NCBI GenBank assembly: GCA_043821645.1 | Contig: JBDRCO010000033.1 | Coordinates: forward strand, 1-64,000 | Length of the DNA stretch: 64,000 nt | Source of the DNA: Pseudomonadota bacterium | Lineage (GTDB): Bacteria > Myxococcota > JACRCW01 > JAFGSX01 | Reading direction: 5' to 3' | In this document: positions 59,035 to 64,000 of the stretch, piece by piece | Layout of the letters: every line of letters begins with the position of its first letter | How positions within the stretch are numbered: the first letter of the stretch is position 1 | Program-made: the position numbers and the translations under genes | The notes under the pieces: model-generated | Told to the model about the DNA's origin: nothing | Databases searched by the model: none | Seen by the model: the letters and a program-made list of their open reading frames with translations, nothing else

Positions 59035-60266
59035 ATGCGCTGCCCGTCGTCGTGGATTCCTGGTGCGCTGGTACTCCTCGGAACCCAGCTGGCCTGCCCA
59101 CGCACAGCAACCGAACCGGGTGCATCCAAGACGGCTCCAACGCCCAGCGCCCCCGGGGTGGCAACACCATCCCAGAGCATTGTCGAGGGGGCCTTCAACG
59201 TGGCCTTCGTGTACATCGGTCCGGTGGGCGATGGCGGCTGGACCTATGCCCACGACCAGGGGCGCCGGGATCTCGAGAAGCGGGTGCCAGGTGTGCACAC
59301 GGCCTACATCGAGTCCGTGGCCGAGGGAGCCGACGCAGCCCAGGTGATCCGGGGTCTCGCACGCAAGCGCTTTGACCTCATCGTGACGACGAGCTTTGGC
59401 TACATGGATGCCACCGAACAGGTGGCCGCTGAGTTTCCGGCGGTCCGTTTTCTGCACGTGTCAGGCTTCCGCTCCAATGGTTCCAACTTTGGCAATCTCT
59501 TCGGTGCGATGGAGAGCATGAAGTACCTGGCTGGCATGATCGCGGGAGCCAGGGCCAAGGCCGACGGCCGCCCCAAGGTGGGTTACATCGCGCCCTTCCC
59601 CATCCCCGAGGTGGTACGCCTGGGCAACGCCATGACCTTGGGCGTGCGCCGGACATGCCCCGAATGCACCGTTGCGATTCGCTGGATCCACACCTGGTTC
59701 GACCCTGCGCGCGAGCGCGAGGCCGCCGAGTCGCTGCTGGCCGAGGGCGTCGATGTGGTGGTCACTGGCGCGGACAGCACGGGCCCCCTCACCGCAGCGG
59801 CTCAGCACGAGCGCTGGGCCATCGGCTACGACTCGGAGAACGCGTGCCAGGCGAGCCCGGCGCGCTGCCTGACCACACCTTACTGGAACTGGGGGCCCAT
59901 CTACGCCGACGTCGTGAAGCAGATCCGCGCAGGGACCTGGCGCGGGCACAATGACTACCGCGACGTCGACAGCGGCATCGTCGGACTGGCTGGCTTCATG
60001 GATGGACAGCAACCCGCACCCGGTGTCCCCGCCGAGGTGATCCCGCAGATTCGCGAGGTGCTCAGCGGGATGCAGCACGGGACCTTCACACGCTTCGATC
60101 TGTTCAGGGCGCCACTGCGCGACAACCGGGACCGCGTCATCCTCGACGGCGACGCGAGGCTGAGCCAGGAAGACCTCGAAGGCATTCGCGGGATCCCGGG
60201 GCGCACGGATTGCACGATCTGCATGGACTTCCTCGTCGAGGGCATGGTCGGGGCCCTGCCACTCCA

Positions 60267-60270
<4 letters not shown>
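59035..60270 (+). CDS. BMP-family ABC transporter substrate-binding lipoprotein (purine/nucleoside)
   Basis: QLAC lipobox, VYIGPVGDGGWTYAHDQGR, TSFGY, PIPEV, WFDP, WNWG. Confidence 0.93.
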
Positions 60271-61798
<1,528 letters not shown>

Positions 61799-61802
<4 letters not shown>

Positions 61803-62893
61803 TCCGGGGCCGTTTGGTACTGGAGCCCCGCGCCGATCCTGGCGCCGGGTGGCGCATCGCCGTCAGCGGTGCGTCCTGCCTGCTGGCCCTGCTGCTTGGA
61901 GCGGCGCTGCTGGCCCTCAGCGGTGTGCACCCCGGTCTGGCCTACACTGCCATGCTCCGCGCGTCGCTAACCGGCGGCGTCTATGCCCTGTCCGACACGG
62001 CGGTCAAGGCCACCCCCCTGGTGCTGTGCGGCCTGGGATGTGCCCTCGCCTTTCGGGCGCGCCTATGGAACGTCGGCGCCGAGGGCCAGCTGCTGCTCGG
62101 CGCCTGGGCCGCGGCTGCCGTCGGCTCCGTGTGGCTGCCGCCAGAGACGCCGCGGGCACTGCTCCTGTTGCTGATGCTGGTGGCCGCCATGACGGCGGGT
62201 GGCGCCTACGCCGCCCTGGCCGGCTGGCTGCGCACCCGCTACCAGGTCAGCGAGATCCTCAGCACGCTCATGCTGGTCTACGTCGCCACGCACTGGAACA
62301 ACTTCTGGATCTACGGCCCCTGGTCCGCGGGCGGCTTCCCCTTGACGCCGCTGTTTCCGGCCTCGTCCCGGCTGCCCCGGCTGACCGAGCTGGCGAGTTC
62401 CACGCCCGGCTTGGCGGGCATCACGCTGCACGCAGGCTGTGTCCTCGCGCCTGCGCTCGCGGTGCTGATGTGGTGGTGGCTGCGACGCAGTCGCTTCGGC
62501 TTGACCCTCGAGGTGGTTGGCGCCAGCCCCGACGTTGCCCGCAGCTCCGGCTTCGCCGTTGGCCGCCACGTCGTCATCGTGCTGGCCCTGTCTGGTGCGC
62601 TGGCAGGGCTGGCGGGAATGGTCGAGGTGTCGGGTGTGGTGTTCCGGCTGCAAGAGCGTTTCTCACCCGGCTACGGTTTCACCGCGATCATCGTGGCCTG
62701 GTTGGCGCGCCTGCACCCCGTGGGCGTGGTTCTCGTCGGCACTCTGCTCGCGGCTCTGCTGGTGGGAAGCCGCGAGGTTCAACCCGCGGGCATCGCCACC
62801 ATGCTCCAGGGCTTGCTGCTCTTCGTCGTCGTCGGCGCCGATCTCCTGACCCATCATCGCCTGCGCTGGCGACGGGAGATCGCACATGCCTGA
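61799..62893 (+). CDS. Nucleoside ABC transporter permease 1
   Basis: ATPLVLCGLG, WNVGAEGQ, SEILSTLML, GYGFTAIIVAWLA. Confidence 0.92.
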
Positions 62894-63839
62894 CTTCGGG
62901 CCCGGGAGCTTCGTGCTCAACCTGCTCGCCGCCGGCCTGGCGTACGGGACACCGGTGCTCCTCGCCGCGCTGGGTGAAGTGGTGTGCGAGCGAGGCGGAG
63001 TGATCAACCTGGGACTCGAGGGGCTCATGCTCTTTGGAGCCATGCTCGCCGTGCTGGTGGGCCTGGCGACGGGCTCGGCTCTGCTTGGCGCCCTGGCCGC
63101 GACGGCCGGAACCGCGCTGCTGTCCTCGCTACACGCCCTGGCCTGCGTTGGCCTGAGGGCGGACCAGATCGTCTCCGGGCTGAGTCTGGGCTTCCTGGGC
63201 AGTGGCCTGGCCTCCATCCTTGGCGCGCCGCTGGTCGGAGCCCAGGCCTCGCTGCCCTGCGTGCCGACCCTCTCCTCCTCCATTCCGGTGCTCGGACCGC
63301 TGCTGTTCTCGCACAACGTCATGACCTACCTGGCCATGGTGCTGGTACCTGCGATCTGGTTCGCCTTGCACCGAACACGGCCTGGCCTGCACCTGCGGGC
63401 CGTGGGCGACAACCCTGCTGCGGCAGACAGCCTGGGTGTGCCGGTGGCGATCTATCGCTCAGGTGCCGTGATGGTCGGCGGCGCCCTGGCCGGCCTGGCC
63501 GGCGCGTCCCTGTCCCTTGGACGGACCCCCGGCTACGTCGACGGCATGGTCTCAGGTGCGGGCTGGATCGCCCTTGGCCTGACCATCTTTGCGCGCTGGG
63601 ATCCCTGGCGCGTGATCCCTGGCGCCCTGCTGTTTGGAGCGCTGCGCCGCTTGCCGCTCGACGTGCAGGGACTCGGCTGGCCCGTGCTGAGCTCTCCCAG
63701 CAGCGGCTACTTCATGAACATGCTGCCTTACCTCAGCGTCGTGGCCGTGCTGGTCTGGGGCGCTCGTCGCCACCGTGGTCCGGGAAACGGCGCACCTGCG
63801 GCCCTGGGTCGACCCTTTGTGCGAGGAGAGCACCGCTGA
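62886..63839 (+). CDS. Nucleoside ABC transporter permease 2
   Basis: TPVLLAALGE...ERGGVINLGLEG, LRAVGDNPAAA, GWIAL, PAALGRPF. Confidence 0.92.
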   Translation: MPDFGPGSFVLNLLAAGLAYGTPVLLAALGEVVCERGGVINLGLEGLMLFGAMLAVLVGLATGSALLGALAATAGTALLSSLHALACVGLRADQIVSGLSLGFLGSGLASILGAPLVGAQASLPCVPTLSSSIPVLGPLLFSHNVMTYLAMVLVPAIWFALHRTRPGLHLRAVGDNPAAADSLGVPVAIYRSGAVMVGGALAGLAGASLSLGRTPGYVDGMVSGAGWIALGLTIFARWDPWRVIPGALLFGALRRLPLDVQGLGWPVLSSPSSGYFMNMLPYLSVVAVLVWGARRHRGPGNGAPAALGRPFVRGEHR

Positions 63840-63921
63840 CCACCCACCGCGCGCCGGGCTGCCCGCGACGCCAGGGGGCCTACGGACGGGCGTCGCGATA
63901 GAAGGATCTTGCAGACCGGCC

Positions 63922-63999
63922 CTACTCCTGGACCACCGGCGCGTCCTCGTAGGTCAGGCCACTCCAGTTGGTGAAGAGCGCCATCACGCCGGCAACCAC
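63922..63999 (-). CDS. C-terminal end of a gene entering from the right edge
   Basis: VVAGVMALFTNWSGLTYEDAPVVQE* in GC3-biased codons. Confidence 0.5.
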   Translation of the reverse strand: MVAGVMALFTNWSGLTYEDAPVVQE

Positions 64000-64000
64000 G

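Overview
High-GC bacterial chromosomal segment, most consistent with an uncultured Myxococcota/deltaproteobacterium (MYXO-CTERM-like tails, DAG-rich lipoprotein linkers, Ser/Thr kinase-STAND-WD40, sigma-54 system). It holds a minus-strand tRNA-Thr/Tyr/Gly cluster abutting an AT-rich segment at the left edge, sucA-sucB-lpdA, many secreted and lipoprotein genes, a WYL regulator, a sigma-54 two-component system flanked by two sigma-54 promoters, a radical SAM/SPASM enzyme, modABC, an ADP-ribosylglycohydrolase/MFS/VOC block and a BMP-type nucleoside ABC transporter. Two observations stand out. (1) A fully base-paired tRNA-like gene at 38668-38741 has alanine identity elements (G3-U70, A73) but an enlarged, non-canonical anticodon arm, and its 5' end overlaps the stop codon of the second of two coupled unknown ORFs. 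(2) Two adjacent lipoproteins carry Tyr motifs (one with eight xxY[G/A/S] repeats, one CYG lipoprotein) resembling radical-SAM splicease substrates, with no cognate enzyme beside them. No CRISPR array, integrase, transposase or reverse transcriptase was seen. All family assignments come from reading motifs by eye, not from database searches.
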